NCBI RefSeq assembly: GCF_006345805.1
Contig: NC_043013.1
Coordinates: 22,878,001-22,942,000 of the forward strand
From: Octopus sinensis
Taxonomy: Eukaryota
Direction of reading: 5' to 3'
DNA: 64,000 nt
The notes beneath the pieces were generated by a model. The model was not told the origin of the DNA. It did no database searches and saw only the letters and a list, made by a program, of their open reading frames with translations. Position 1 is the stretch's first letter. Each line of letters begins with the position of its first letter. Shown here one piece after another: positions 52,768-64,000 of the stretch. The position numbers were made by a program, and so were the translations under genes.

Positions 52768-53377
52768 TGTGTGTGCATGGGAGGATGGATGGATATGTAT
52801 TTATATAATTATATTTATCATAATGGCTGCAGTCAAATGACTGCAACAAATAAAGAATACATTTAGAACTTACTAGTATATTAAGCTGTGTTGATATCAA
52901 TACCCATTCCTAAATAACTGGGTTTTATTTGCTTTCTGGTTCTTAGCTTCTTCACTTTGAGCATAATTTATCATTGAACACGACGAGACAGACCCTTCCC
53001 CAACATTTGATATTATGGACCTATCTAAAGGCAGTTAAATATTCGCCATAAACTCCTGTACGTCCTTACCGAAGAAGATTAAAAACCAAATAGTCTGAGG
53101 TATTTATCTCCATTGATATTGAAGCGAGAGAAATAGACAGCGGGGACTTATAAAATAATTTAGATAGTAAAAGTATATATTAATTCACTCCTATAACATA
53201 TTTACTGCAGAACTATTCTGGGTAAATAAGCACATGGTTGAAATAGGCGCTCAGATTTCAGTTCGTGAATACGTGCGAAATACATGTACATTATTTGCGC
53301 TTATGGCGGTATGTATAATGTAATTTTCATTTCTTTACGTTCGGTGTGTTGCCACTGATGTGTTGACACTATTCAAA

Positions 53378-53785
53378 TCTTTATATATAAAAGTGAGGTT
53401 GTGTGCTGTCTGTCTCCTACGATTTAGATTCCTAACTACTCCCACATTTTGCGGTACAGTTTAACCAAAACCGGGTATCTTATAGTCGTGATTCATATCG
53501 AGCCCTTCTGGGTATTAGCGCGCGTCTACAATGAGTCTACAATGAGTCTACGATTTAAAAAAGAATTACCATCAATTTTTCCCATTTTTAATGCATTTTT
53601 GGCATATATAAGGGAAGTAACTCTCTAAAAATTTATTATTAAATCTCAGAACGTAAAAAGCTACAGTAACACCCCCCCCCTTTGTGGTTAGCCATATTGA
53701 GATGGCTATTATACTTTACATCTCTAAAAATTCTTATATAGTTATTTCCCTTACAAACCCGAGCAACGCCGGGCGATACTGCTAG
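53378..53785 (+). mobile_element. Non-autonomous Helitron
   Basis: A|TC start, subterminal hairpin cccgagcaacgccggg, CTAG|T end, no TSD; second copy at 56091. Confidence 0.9.
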
Positions 53786-54094
53786 TTATTTTATATATAT
53801 CCTCGCTGTCTATTTTCCTCGCTAACAACATTGCGTAGCGGAGTAATAATCTAAGTGGTTCATAGACCATTTGGGGTCTATTTCTAGCAGACTGGTTTTG
53901 TAATCATTCAACACCCTCATTATACTTTCAATGTAAATTAACCATTATGGTATTTTCAGTATGTTTGCCTAATTACGTCTCTCCATTGATATAAATATTC
54001 GGAATGGTTTTCCAGTTTTGGAACATTATTCTTGGATGTTGCATGAAGAACAGAATGACATGTGTCATAGGTTTGTTTATTCTTATGATGCGTC

Positions 54095-54302
54095 TTTTAT
54101 TTGTTTCAGTCATACTTATTCTGTCGGTATGTTTCGGTGAACCGCTGAGTTACGGGGACGTAAACACACCAACACCAGTTGCCAAGCAATGGAGGGGAAC
54201 AAACACACACACAAAGACAGGCAGACACGCACACATGCACATACACGCTCATAATTATAGATAGAGATAGATAGCGATAGATAGATAGATAGATAGATAG
54301 AT

Positions 54303-54367
<65 letters not shown>

Positions 54368-54453
54368 CAGATAGATAGAGAGAGAGAGAGGGGGGGGAGA
54401 GGGGGGATGATAGAGATAGATAGAGGAGAGAGGGAGTAGATAGATAGATAGAT

Positions 54454-54516
<63 letters not shown>

Positions 54517-54549
54517 TAGATAGATAGATAGATATAGATAGATAGATAG

Positions 54550-54608
<59 letters not shown>

Positions 54609-54704
54609 AGAGATAGATAGATAGATAGATAGATATAGATAGATAGATAGATAGATAGAGAGATAGATAGATAGATATAGATAGATAGATATAGATAGAT
54701 AGAT

Positions 54705-54775
<71 letters not shown>

Positions 54776-54892
54776 TAGATAGAGATAGATAGATAGATAG
54801 AGATAGATAGATACGACGGGTTTCTTTCAGTTTCCGACTACCAAATGCACTGACAAGGCTGTAGTAGAAGACACTTGCCCAACGTGCCACGT
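54095..54892 (-). mobile_element. Family-2 SINE whose internal microsatellite has expanded to ~550 bp of (GATA)n
   Basis: Tail part tttgtttcagtca...gaaccgctgagttacggggacgtaaacacacc (54095-54200) and body acgacggg.ttctttcagtttccg...agaagacacttgccca (54812-54892) bracket the repeat. Confidence 0.7.
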
Positions 54893-55085
54893 TGGTTAAT
54901 CCTATTGACCCAATTCTCATGTCAGTTTATTCTCCTATATGTGTTTATTAATGAGTTGCGTTATGATCGCAGCTCATTAGCCACATCGGTTTTCTTTTTT
55001 AATTATTTTAAACCAGTGGAAACACCAACAGAGAGAAACACAAACGCACACACACGTCTCTATAGATAGATGGATGGGTAGATAG

Positions 55086-55467
55086 GAAGCACTCCGTCGG
55101 TTACGGCGATGAGGGTTCCGGTTGATCCGATCAACGAAACAGCCTGCTCGTGAAATTAACGTGTAAGTGGCTGAGCACTCCACAGACACGTGTACCCTTA
55201 ACGTAGTTCTCAGGGTGATTCAGCGTGACACAGAGAGTGACAAGGCCGGCCCTTTGAAATACAGGTACAACAGAAACAGGAAGTAAGAGTGAGAGAAAGT
55301 TGTAGTGAAAGAGTACAGCAGGGATCACCACCATCCCCTGCCGGAGCCTCGTGGAGCTTTAGGTGTTTTCGCTCAATAAACACTCACAACGCCCGGTCTG
55401 GGAATCGAAACCGCGATCCTACGACCGCGAGTCCGCTGCCCTAACCACTGGGCCATTGCGCCTCCAC
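55086..55467 (-). mobile_element. Full-length tRNA-derived SINE family 3 (Ceph-SINE-like) with 14-bp TSD
   Basis: Head ggaggcgcaatggcccagtggttagg...ggtttcgattccc (A/B boxes); TSD ggatgggtagatag at 55072-55085 and 55468-55481. Confidence 0.92.
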
Positions 55468-56090
55468 GGATGGGTAGATAGACAGACGGGCATATAGACA
55501 GACAGATACATACATACATGCATATATACATAGTGTAAAATAGAAGTGTGCACTCTTGAAGAATAGCAGGTAGAGAAAAGGAATGGAACAAATTCGACTT
55601 ACCCCCAATCAAACCAATTTAAAACACAGATTATGCAAAACTATGATTTAGACATCGTTGCCAGTCGTTTCCCCGTTTCCCCAAAAGTTATGACTTGGAC
55701 TGCATCATCTGATGTGTCCTTTCCTGTTTTAAGACGGTGCAATGTAATTTGAGAGAAACACGACGGCTATTTCTAGCATATCAAATGGCCACATAGAGTT
55801 TCCAACGCTGGCTCTTAAAATCTCTGGTTGTTTTTGTTGTTTGGTTCCAAGTAAGATCTAGTGAAGAAGACCTATGATTACAAGCATTCTAATCATGGAC
55901 AACCAGCTAGCGCTTAAGGGTCACGTGGTCACACATTATCTAATGTGGCCTTCCGTATTTTAGAAATCAGGTTGTCATTTGAGGTAGATTTGCTTGCTAT
56001 TTTCCAAGTCCAGTGACCGTGTAGAGACCCACTGGAAGCTTACATACGTGGCAACTTATTCTATTTTGTTTTAATACAAGAAGGACACCA

Positions 56091-56603
56091 TCTATATATA
56101 TAAAACTGTAGTTGTGTGAGTGTCTGTCCCCTTCGATTTAGATTCCTAACTACTCCCACATTTTGCGGTGCAGTTTAACCAAATTCGGATATCTTATAGT
56201 CGTGATTCATATCGAGCCCGTCTGTGTACTAGCGCGCGTCTACGATGAGTCTACGATTTTAAAAATAATTTAACATCATTTTTTATTCCATTTTAATGCA
56301 TAATTTTTCGTGTGTCGATGGCGGCGGAGTTGGCGTCCATGGTTACACCTGCACCTGTTTGCTTCTCCCCCTTCTTCCCTCCCTCGTGAAGCTGTGGGGA
56401 AGTGAGTGTAAGGAAATCAACGTCGTAAAGCGTTGTCAAGGAGACCAGCGTTCTTTTAGAACAACGACTTCATGGCTTGAAGACACCAAAACAGAAATGG
56501 CTAAGAAAGCCCGAATTGGCATCTATAAGGGAAGTAACTCTCTAAAAATGCTTATATAGTTATTTCCCTTACAAACCCGAGCAACGCCGGGCGATACTGC
56601 TTG
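56091..56603 (+). mobile_element. Non-autonomous Helitron, same family as 53378 but different interior
   Basis: Shared 5' ~200 bp and 3' hairpin; ends CTTG|T; extra ~220 bp segment 56299-56518. Confidence 0.88.
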
Positions 56604-57294
56604 TTTTTTATAAGTGAAAGGCAAAAGCAGGCGAGAGAGTAAACAGAAGCAGTGTTTTGTTTTGAAGCTTTACATTCCCAACAACGCGCGGGTCTTAGCT
56701 GCAAAGAAAACTCTAATCTGTTTAGGAGGAAAATACGAAAAGAAAAGCAAGCGGTTATAAAATAAAAGAGGAAATAAACTTGAAATGTGTTCCGAGAAAA
56801 CATAGTTGTAATCACATGCTGTAAGAGATAATGAATAAAGAGGAAGCTAAGATTGTAATCTCTGGCTATCAGAACAATTGATATCATGGAATCTCGTACA
56901 TCAAATATTACAACATCAAGTTATAAAATGGTCGTGAATGACATGTTTTGTTCTAATCTGTGATTACGCGAAATCGTGATTAGAAGACAAGGCTAAGATC
57001 TCCCTTGCTTATTTTCTCCTGTTGCATTAATAAATCCCGAGGAATATAGATAGCAACGCAAAAAAAATGAGATGTGGAAATGAAAAAATTAAAACTAAAA
57101 CTAACATAAAATCAAGCTTCTATGAAATATCTCGGAAATAACTTGATTTTCAGTAGCATAAATAATTTTGGCCGAGCAACTTGTCTCAGAATTTCTGCTA
57201 GAGAGAGCAAAAGATAATTTGTTCGATCGTTTGTATTGCTGTAGTTTCGGGAAAATTTGTTTCTTCTAAATATGAAGCACGTACATTGTTAAAT

Positions 57295-57730
57295 GGAGAG
57301 GATAAAGGAATGATGAAGAAGAGGAAGAGGTGAGGTGGGGAATGGGGAATAGGGGGAGGATGAAGAAAAAGAGGTGGGGGAAGAGAAGGAAGATGATGGG
57401 GTGGAAAAGGAAGGAGAAAAGGGGAGGAGGAAGGGAGGAGAAAGAGGTGGAGGAAGAAGAGGAAGAAGACGTGGGGAAGCGGAGGTGGGTGATGAGGTGG
57501 AGGAGGAGGAAGAAGAAAAAGAGGAGGAGAAGGAGGTGGAGGAAGGAGATGAAAGAGATGTGGAGAAGAAGGAGGAGGAGGAGGAGGAGGAGAAAGAAGA
57601 AGAAGAAGAAGAAGAAGAGGAGGAGGAGGTGGAGGAGAAGGCGGAGGAAGGGGATGTGAAAGAGGAGAAGGAGGAGGAAAGGGAGGAGGAGGAGGAGGAG
57701 CAGCAGCAGCAGCAGCAGGAGGTGGGGCAG
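57295..57730. repeat. Polypurine (GAG/GAA)n low-complexity tract
   Basis: Direct reading. Confidence 0.9.
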
Positions 57731-57969
57731 GTGTATAATAACCTCTGAAAAAAGTTGTATCCTTCATACATACCTTCATCGGTTGGCGATGTTTTTGTCA
57801 CTGAAATTCAATTTGAAAATCCACTTTTGTTGGAACTGTGAATCGAAGACTTTCCAAACGGTTGAAGATGCAGAGCCAAAAGACTGAAAGAAATCTGCAG
57901 TGCGGGTTTCAAGGTGAAAAAACAATAAAAATGATGGTAGAAAAAGGCAAATCAACCAAGGTGGACATA

Positions 57970-58600
57970 TCAGGTCATCCCATAAGTTTTGTTCGAATTT
58001 TAAATACAGAAAACAACTGATCAAATGTTATATTTAATTGAAATTTAATCATCAATGTACTTTCCCTGATTATCTATGACTTCCTTCCATCTATTTACAA
58101 GCTTTTTAATCCCATCAATGTAAAACTCATTTGGTTTCAAAGCGAAGAACTCTGAAATGTCGGTTTCGACCTTCTCCTGGCTTGAGAAAGTTATGTCTCC
58201 CAAATGATTCTGTAAACTACGAAACAAATGGTAGTCTGAAGGAGCAAGGTCGGGAGAATAAGGTGGATGAGGGATTTTTTCCCAACCAAGCTCTTCGATC
58301 TTCTGTGATGTGATCTCTGCAGTGTGGGGTCGCGCATTGTCCTGATGAAATACCACTCCTTTTCAATTCACTAAAGTGGGTCTTTTCTTCTTCAAAGCTT
58401 GGTTCAAACGCTCTAATTGCTGACAGTAGACTTAAGCATTGATTGTTGCATTTGGTGGTAATAATTCAAAGGGAATTACTCCTTTGTAATCCCACCAGAT
58501 AGAGAGAAGAGCCTTTTTTTCCCCTGAAGTTACCTTCTCGGTTGTGGTTGAGCTTTTCCCTTTTACCAAGTCACTGTTTACGACGTTTAACATTTGGATA
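57970..58600 (-). mobile_element. Mariner 3' half with one TIR, truncated by the adjacent retroelement
   Basis: TA|tcaggtcatcccataag TIR; ORF 58045-58356 FHQDNARPH...HPPYSPDLAPSDYHLF; upstream YPNVKRRKQ* and SIWWDYKG motifs. Confidence 0.92.
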
Positions 58601-58664
58601 GGTGAGAAATGGGCTTCTCCACTACTAATAAACAGTGGATTGATACAGTCAGTAGGGAGAGGGA

Positions 58665-59674
58665 CAGTTAGCGGCGAGGTACGCCTTTGAGTTCCGGTTG
58701 GTCATTTCTTGTTTGACATCGTTTTGTTACAGATGTCAAGGAGGGGTGCAATCAAGGAGAGGATGACAGTGCAAACATTCGAGAACAAAAAAGTGCAGAA
58801 CTGGTGTGGTGGGAGTTTTCGAACAACAATTCAAGCCACACCAGCGGAACTGGAGGAAATTCCTGACTTTAAAATTCTGCTTGATGAGGCAAAACTGAGA
58901 TTCTCGGTCCAGGGAAGAATCCTAACATGTTTCGAGTGTAGACTGAAAGGGAACATAAGGAAAATGTGCCCCCAGACCCTTGTGCATGAAGCACAAGGAA
59001 AAAACAGGTTGAATCAAAGGAGCAGCAAGAGAAGCCTAAACAGGAAGCTCCAGGTGAGGAGTTAGAGAAGCAGGAAGAGGCGGAGAAGACAGTGGAGAAG
59101 GAGAATTGCCCACCGGAGGAAACTGGACCGTCCACATCTACCGAGGTAAGTGAAGAGGAATTGATCAGTTGCAAGGAGGAAAAGGAAAGCAAAAGTTGTT
59201 CTCTTCCTCCAATAAACACAAGATGCTTAAAAACGAATGCACGAGAACAAATACGAACGCAGATAAAAGACATTACAAATGCAGACAACAAAATGGAAAA
59301 AGATACCCCAAAAAAGAACGCTGAATATACAACACACAACAGGAACAAAAATAAACGCACAAGAACAGATACGAGCGCAAACAAAATCATTACAAACACA
59401 GACAGCAAAAAAACTTACCCCCAAAAATAACACTGAATATACAACACAAGCACAGCAAGAAGAAAGAGACAAAAATAACATAACTGTTTAAAAACTCTTT
59501 CTAAAAATGTTCAATGACGTTATCTGGAGTGTGGGGTTCGAGTTAACGTCGTTCTCCCTTGCCATTTATCATTACTATTTTTTTCATTCGATTTAATTTC
59601 CCCCAACTATTGTGTTTTGTCTGTCCTCCTTCGTTCCATCTATATTAGATCTTGTGTGGCCAAATAAAGAAATA
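58665..59674 (+). mobile_element. ORF1/gag-only (HAL1-like) retroelement copy 1, internally deleted
   Basis: Zinc-knuckle-like CFECRLKGNIRKMCP after V.GR, low-complexity E/K/T-rich C-terminus, 3' end aataaagaaata; no RT seen. Confidence 0.6.
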
Positions 59675-60340
59675 CAGTCAGCGAGCTACGCCTTCGAGTT
59701 GGCTATTTATTGTTTGATGTCGCTTTGTTGCAGTTGATCCTCTTTTGACTACAACGTCTTTAAAATCTGTTAGTGTCTTTTGACACATTGATCGCTTGAA
59801 CAGGGTTGGTTTCATGTTGTTCCCCCGTTAGGGGCGAATTGTTGGCATTTTGAGTGGGAATTGTGCCCGCACAAAATGATTTGTGATTTGTATTAAGTGT
59901 TGGAGCTCCTGGAGAGCGTCGACGCGGAGTACGAAAGCGACTCGGAAGAAAGGGTTGAAAGTTATGTAGCAGCAGTCGGTAAAAAGCAAAGAAGGTACAA
60001 CATCAGGCCAGAGGCAATGGAGAAATTTGATCCAATTCTGCGGGGGGGGGGAGGCAAACCTGAGATTAACTCCCCCACCCCTCACAAAGGAAGCCACAGA
60101 AGAAACAAGAAAAAAACGATAATTTCTAGAACACTATCTTTTAAAACAAAGAAAATAGAGATAGCGTCTAAGGAAGACAGTGAAAAGGCCCTAAAGCCTA
60201 TTTTGTTCACGGTGGCATTCATGAAAAGGGGAAAGAAATTCGGTACCGTGCAGGTAAAATTGATGTCAGAATACAACGCTGGAGGTGATTCCGCTGTCCC
60301 CCTACAGACGAAGGAGCTGGCTCTTTTACCATCATACTTC
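59675..60340 (+). mobile_element. ORF1/gag-like retroelement copy 2 (5' leader plus ORF1 N-terminal half)
   Basis: Leader cagtcagcgagctacgccttcgagttggctatttattgtttgatgtcgctttgttgcag repeats the 58665-58735 leader; ORF 59897-60367. Confidence 0.6.
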
Positions 60341-60881
60341 ATAAAGTATACATTTATTATACTTTAGCATGTACAATGCTGACAGTGACTTCCAAGGTCT
60401 CGACCACCTTACCTTTCATATATATTGTCACTGAAGACAATCCTATTAACCGATGCTTTTGTACGGTGTTGAGAAAAGATTCGAAAGAATTCGATACAAG
60501 TGATTCCATCGTAGATTTCGGAGAGCAGAAAAACCAGATACAACAGAAGATGAGGTTAAAATAGGGTTAGAAGACAGAGAGGGCCTTGGATATTAACGGA
60601 AGGAGTTGGTGACAACAGATGTACTGAGGATGATGAAGATGACGATTCGTTGTTCACGAAATCCAAACTTGTTGACACGCGAGAATCTCTTGATAATGCA
60701 TCCGAATGTGCAGAATGTGTAAATGCATCGCAAAGTGAAGAATGTGCACATCCACATCCACATATGTATGTGGCGTAATTCTTTGCATGTCATTTTATAT
60801 ATGTAGGCATATAGTTATGTGCGTAGTGTGTGTGTATGTGTGTGTCTGTATGTAAATATATATATATATATATATATATCT

Positions 60882-60924
<43 letters not shown>

Positions 60925-62500
60925 TTATTTATTTATTAGTGAACACATCGTATACCATGTATGTATACATTCTTTCCTTTATGTTTGTGTACGTCACTGT
61001 TTTGTGTGTGTGTGCGTCGTTATTTGTAAGTTCCCCCTCTGGCGCTACTACTACACTCCAAACCTTTCCTCCCATGGACTAATTTACTCAACAATATCAA
61101 ATCTTATTAAAAGATAATGCCATTGTTTCCGGACTAAAAAAAAAAAACACTTTTTCAACTCCGAGCGGCCAACTAAACCCTTTAACCTCGTTTTTATCTT
61201 TATGCTCCAATGAACTCCATTTTCACAAACAATCTTTCATGGCTGCCCGACTCCCGAACCAATGCATCCACTCAGACACCAACCTACTGAATGACAAATT
61301 TAATTTATCAACCTTCATTTTGTTTCTAATCATGGAAACAGATTCTTATCTTTACACATTCCATCGATCTGGACCCAAACTCACACACTTCCCTGCAGCA
61401 TGAATACACACACACACTCAAACACACAAACACATTCACAGAAGCACACACACATATATACACACATACACACATCCCTCAGACAGACCTACACAATATC
61501 ACTATCTTCAATAAAGAAAAACGGAAATAAAATATAAGCAATCCAACATAACACGTTCGCACACAATATTGAATCTTCAAACTTTCGATGGCGAGAAATG
61601 CAACTTTTATTTCAAAATAATAATTAATAGCGACAGAAGGAGTATTATTAATACGAAAAGGTGATATTGGCCTTGCACTTAAAATGGATGTTGTGTTAGA
61701 ACACAGAATACTGCATCGATTTCCATGAGAGGACTTCGCATATGGTGCATAAAAATAATCCATTAGCGAAGACAGCCGCCTGGAATAAAAGTCGTAGCTG
61801 CAGGGAAATATCGAACACTCAAATAACCACAACGAAATTGTTACAATTCAAATATGTAGAGTTTCCCTCTTTCTTTGAGTTAACTGAAGCAGAAAAATAT
61901 GTTTGCAGCCATGCATTAATGTATATATGTATGCATGAATGCATGGATTTATACACGCATTAATAAATACGGGCATGCATATACACTAGTATATATGTAT
62001 AAAGCAATATTTATATATTAGGGATGTTTCGGGTTAAGCTTTATGAGTGCAGTTCTTAAAACAAAATATGTTCCTGTAGACAAAAAACATATATTCGAGT
62101 GTATATGCGTCGTATATATGCTTCGCCTGATTTGTTCAGCTATTTCGGTTCATTCGCTTCAGAGAAGAAAACTTCGTCTCGCTCCTGCCTACGAATTGTG
62201 TGCGTCAGACAAACTACTGCTGTGTACGTATGTTTAAATTCCTTGTATTCATCGATGTCTGGAGCGATTTTTATGTAATTATTTAAAATATATACCAGTC
62301 CAGACTTGTGTACTTCCCTGTAATATTTCAATTTACAAATGTTTCCATATATACAAAGCTCGAGACTGTCTACATTGCTGGAATACAAAGCAGTCACGTG
62401 ACAAATTCATTTTTATAGATCGAAAAGACATTGTGTTGCAGTTTTACGTGCTCTAACTTATGATATATACTTGTGTATATACACACACACACACACACAT

Positions 62501-63685
62501 ACATCACCTCGATGATGGTGATGCTGTTGACATCGTTTTATTGGACTTTGCCAAAGCTTTTGACTCGGTAAACCACCGCCTATTACTTGTCAAGCTTCAA
62601 GCATATAGTTTCCATCCAGATATTGTACGATGGGTTGGTGCCTTCCTCTCAGATCGCTCCTTCCAAGTCCAAGTTAATGGTTCGCTGTCCGACGTCTCCA
62701 GTGCGTACAGTGGCGTGCCTCAAGGTTCAGTGCTTGGGCCCTTATTGTTCTTTGTCTTCATAAATGACTTGCCCTACGACCTCACGCAACACACCCTTCT
62801 ATTTGCCGATGATGTCAAACTGGTCGCTCCTCGCGGTGATATAGAGGATCTTTGTCGGTGCCTCCACCAAGTTTGGAGATGGTCTAACGAATGGGACCTG
62901 TGTCTGAACGTGTCAAAGTGCTGTCATCTGCCTGTTGTCTCTTCTCCTGCAACTCAACTTGATTTCGAGCCGGGTCGTCTGCTGCTGGAGAGGACCGACC
63001 AGGTAAAGGACCTGGGTATCTTGGTGGATTCTTCCTTTTCGCCTTCGGCCCAGTGCGTCTATGCTGCCAACAAAGCACGCGGAGTTCTGTTTTTGATTCG
63101 ACGGTCATTCGCGATGCTCACAGCAGCCATATTCCTACCGCTCTATGTCACGCTGGTGAGACCCATATTGGAGTACGGGATTCAAACCTCTTCTCCTTAT
63201 CTCCTCAAAGACATACAGCATCTCCAGAAGCTGGCTACCCGCATGGTTCTTGGTCTCAAGCATTTGTCTTATGAAGAAAGGCTGAAGACGCTCGACCTTT
63301 ATTCTCTAGAAAAACGACGACGCCGTGGTGATCTCATTCTTGCTCACAACATCATAAGCGGAAAGTGTAATCTCTCGAAAGAGCTGTTCTTCACTCCTGC
63401 TCCAGAGCGTCGGCTGCGGGGTCACTCCGAAAAGCTCTATCTGGGACGATTTCATCTCAATCGAAGGAGAGGAGCTTTCTCCGTCCGGGTTGCGGATCTG
63501 TGGAATAAGCTGCCGGACGAGATAGTGAAGATGCCGACGACCGCTCGGTTCAAAGTCTCCCTTGACCACAAATGGCCTGAACTCTTTGCATGATCACCAC
63601 CCTGTACATAACTCCATGTCCCCCTACATGGCCTTGCTTTTTGCTTTTTGAGCCAAAAAATTAACTAACTAACTAACTAACTAAC
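62501..63685 (+). mobile_element. CR1-clade LINE, 5'-truncated, open RT frame, (CTAA)n tail
   Basis: ORF to 63593 with LDFAKAFDSV, SGVPQGSVLGPLLF, FADD, KDLG, LVRPILEY, LSYEERL..L.L.SLE.RR.RGDLI; the ORF-track start in (CA)n is spurious. Confidence 0.95.
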
Positions 63686-63720
63686 ATACATACATACACA
63701 TACATACATACATACATACA

Positions 63721-64000
63721 CACACAAAGAGTGACTGCATTATCACCGATAAAATGCAGTATGACACAGGCATATTCCAAGGGGACAGCCTCTCTGTGAT
63801 GTTGTTAATACTCTCTGTAAACCCCTTGTCATTCATGTTAAGGAAGTCTGAAGGATGTCTCACTGGTTCACAAGGAAATAGAAATACCAAAATCACACGC
63901 TGCTTCTTTGTGGATGACGTAAAACTTTATGCAAAGAATATTCATGAGATGAAAACGAGCCTTGACCTAGTTACTACATTCTCAAGGGATGTAGGGTTGG
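63721..64000 (+). mobile_element. R4/Dong-clade reverse transcriptase fragment, 5'-truncated, runs off the window end
   Basis: Open frame ...YDTGIFQGDSLSVMLLILSVNPLSFML...KITRCFFVDDVKLYAKN...LDLVTTFSRDVGL; preceded by (CATA)n. Confidence 0.88.

Noticed and set aside
55395-55467. tRNA gene
   Set aside because: tRNA-like A/B boxes continue into a SINE body with a TSD; it is a SINE head
57374-57748. Acidic polyE ORF
   Set aside because: Purine-rich low-complexity tract open in several frames
60421-60750. Acidic coding-like stretch (…CTEDDEDDDSLFTKSK…) as a host exon
   Set aside because: Interrupted by stops and frame changes, no family recognised; cannot be supported
62460-62500. Start codon of the 377 aa ORF as a real gene start
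   Set aside because: N-terminus is a (CA)n read-through; the RT is 5'-truncated, lacking the endonuclease and early RT motifs

Overview
Eukaryotic, AT-rich, microsatellite-saturated, apparently gene-free (intergenic or intronic) DNA. The SINE, LINE and microsatellite repertoire resembles a coleoid cephalopod (octopus-like) genome; this is an inference, not a database match. Almost all ORF-track entries are translated microsatellites. Real coding remnants are all from transposable elements: R4/Dong, HERO, Tx1/L1-like, CR1-group and Penelope retroelements, three mariners, a Mag-type Gypsy gag, and Helitrons. The main unexplained signal is non-coding: 14 type I hammerhead ribozyme (HHR) motifs, intact or degenerate, in about 7 different repeat families. 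The clearest are two homologous but diverged ~0.47-0.49 kb monomers at 48976-51427. Each forms an inverted segment plus a ~1.5x tandem array inserted in (TA)n and carries an HHR with an unusually long stem II whose helices covary between the families. This fits non-LTR retrozymes or Penelope pLTR-derived circular RNAs. A separate ~380 bp insertion with a 10-bp direct repeat carries a U3-A8 core-variant HHR, and its ends are also found inside a Helitron. Coordinates were read by eye and may be off by a few bases.
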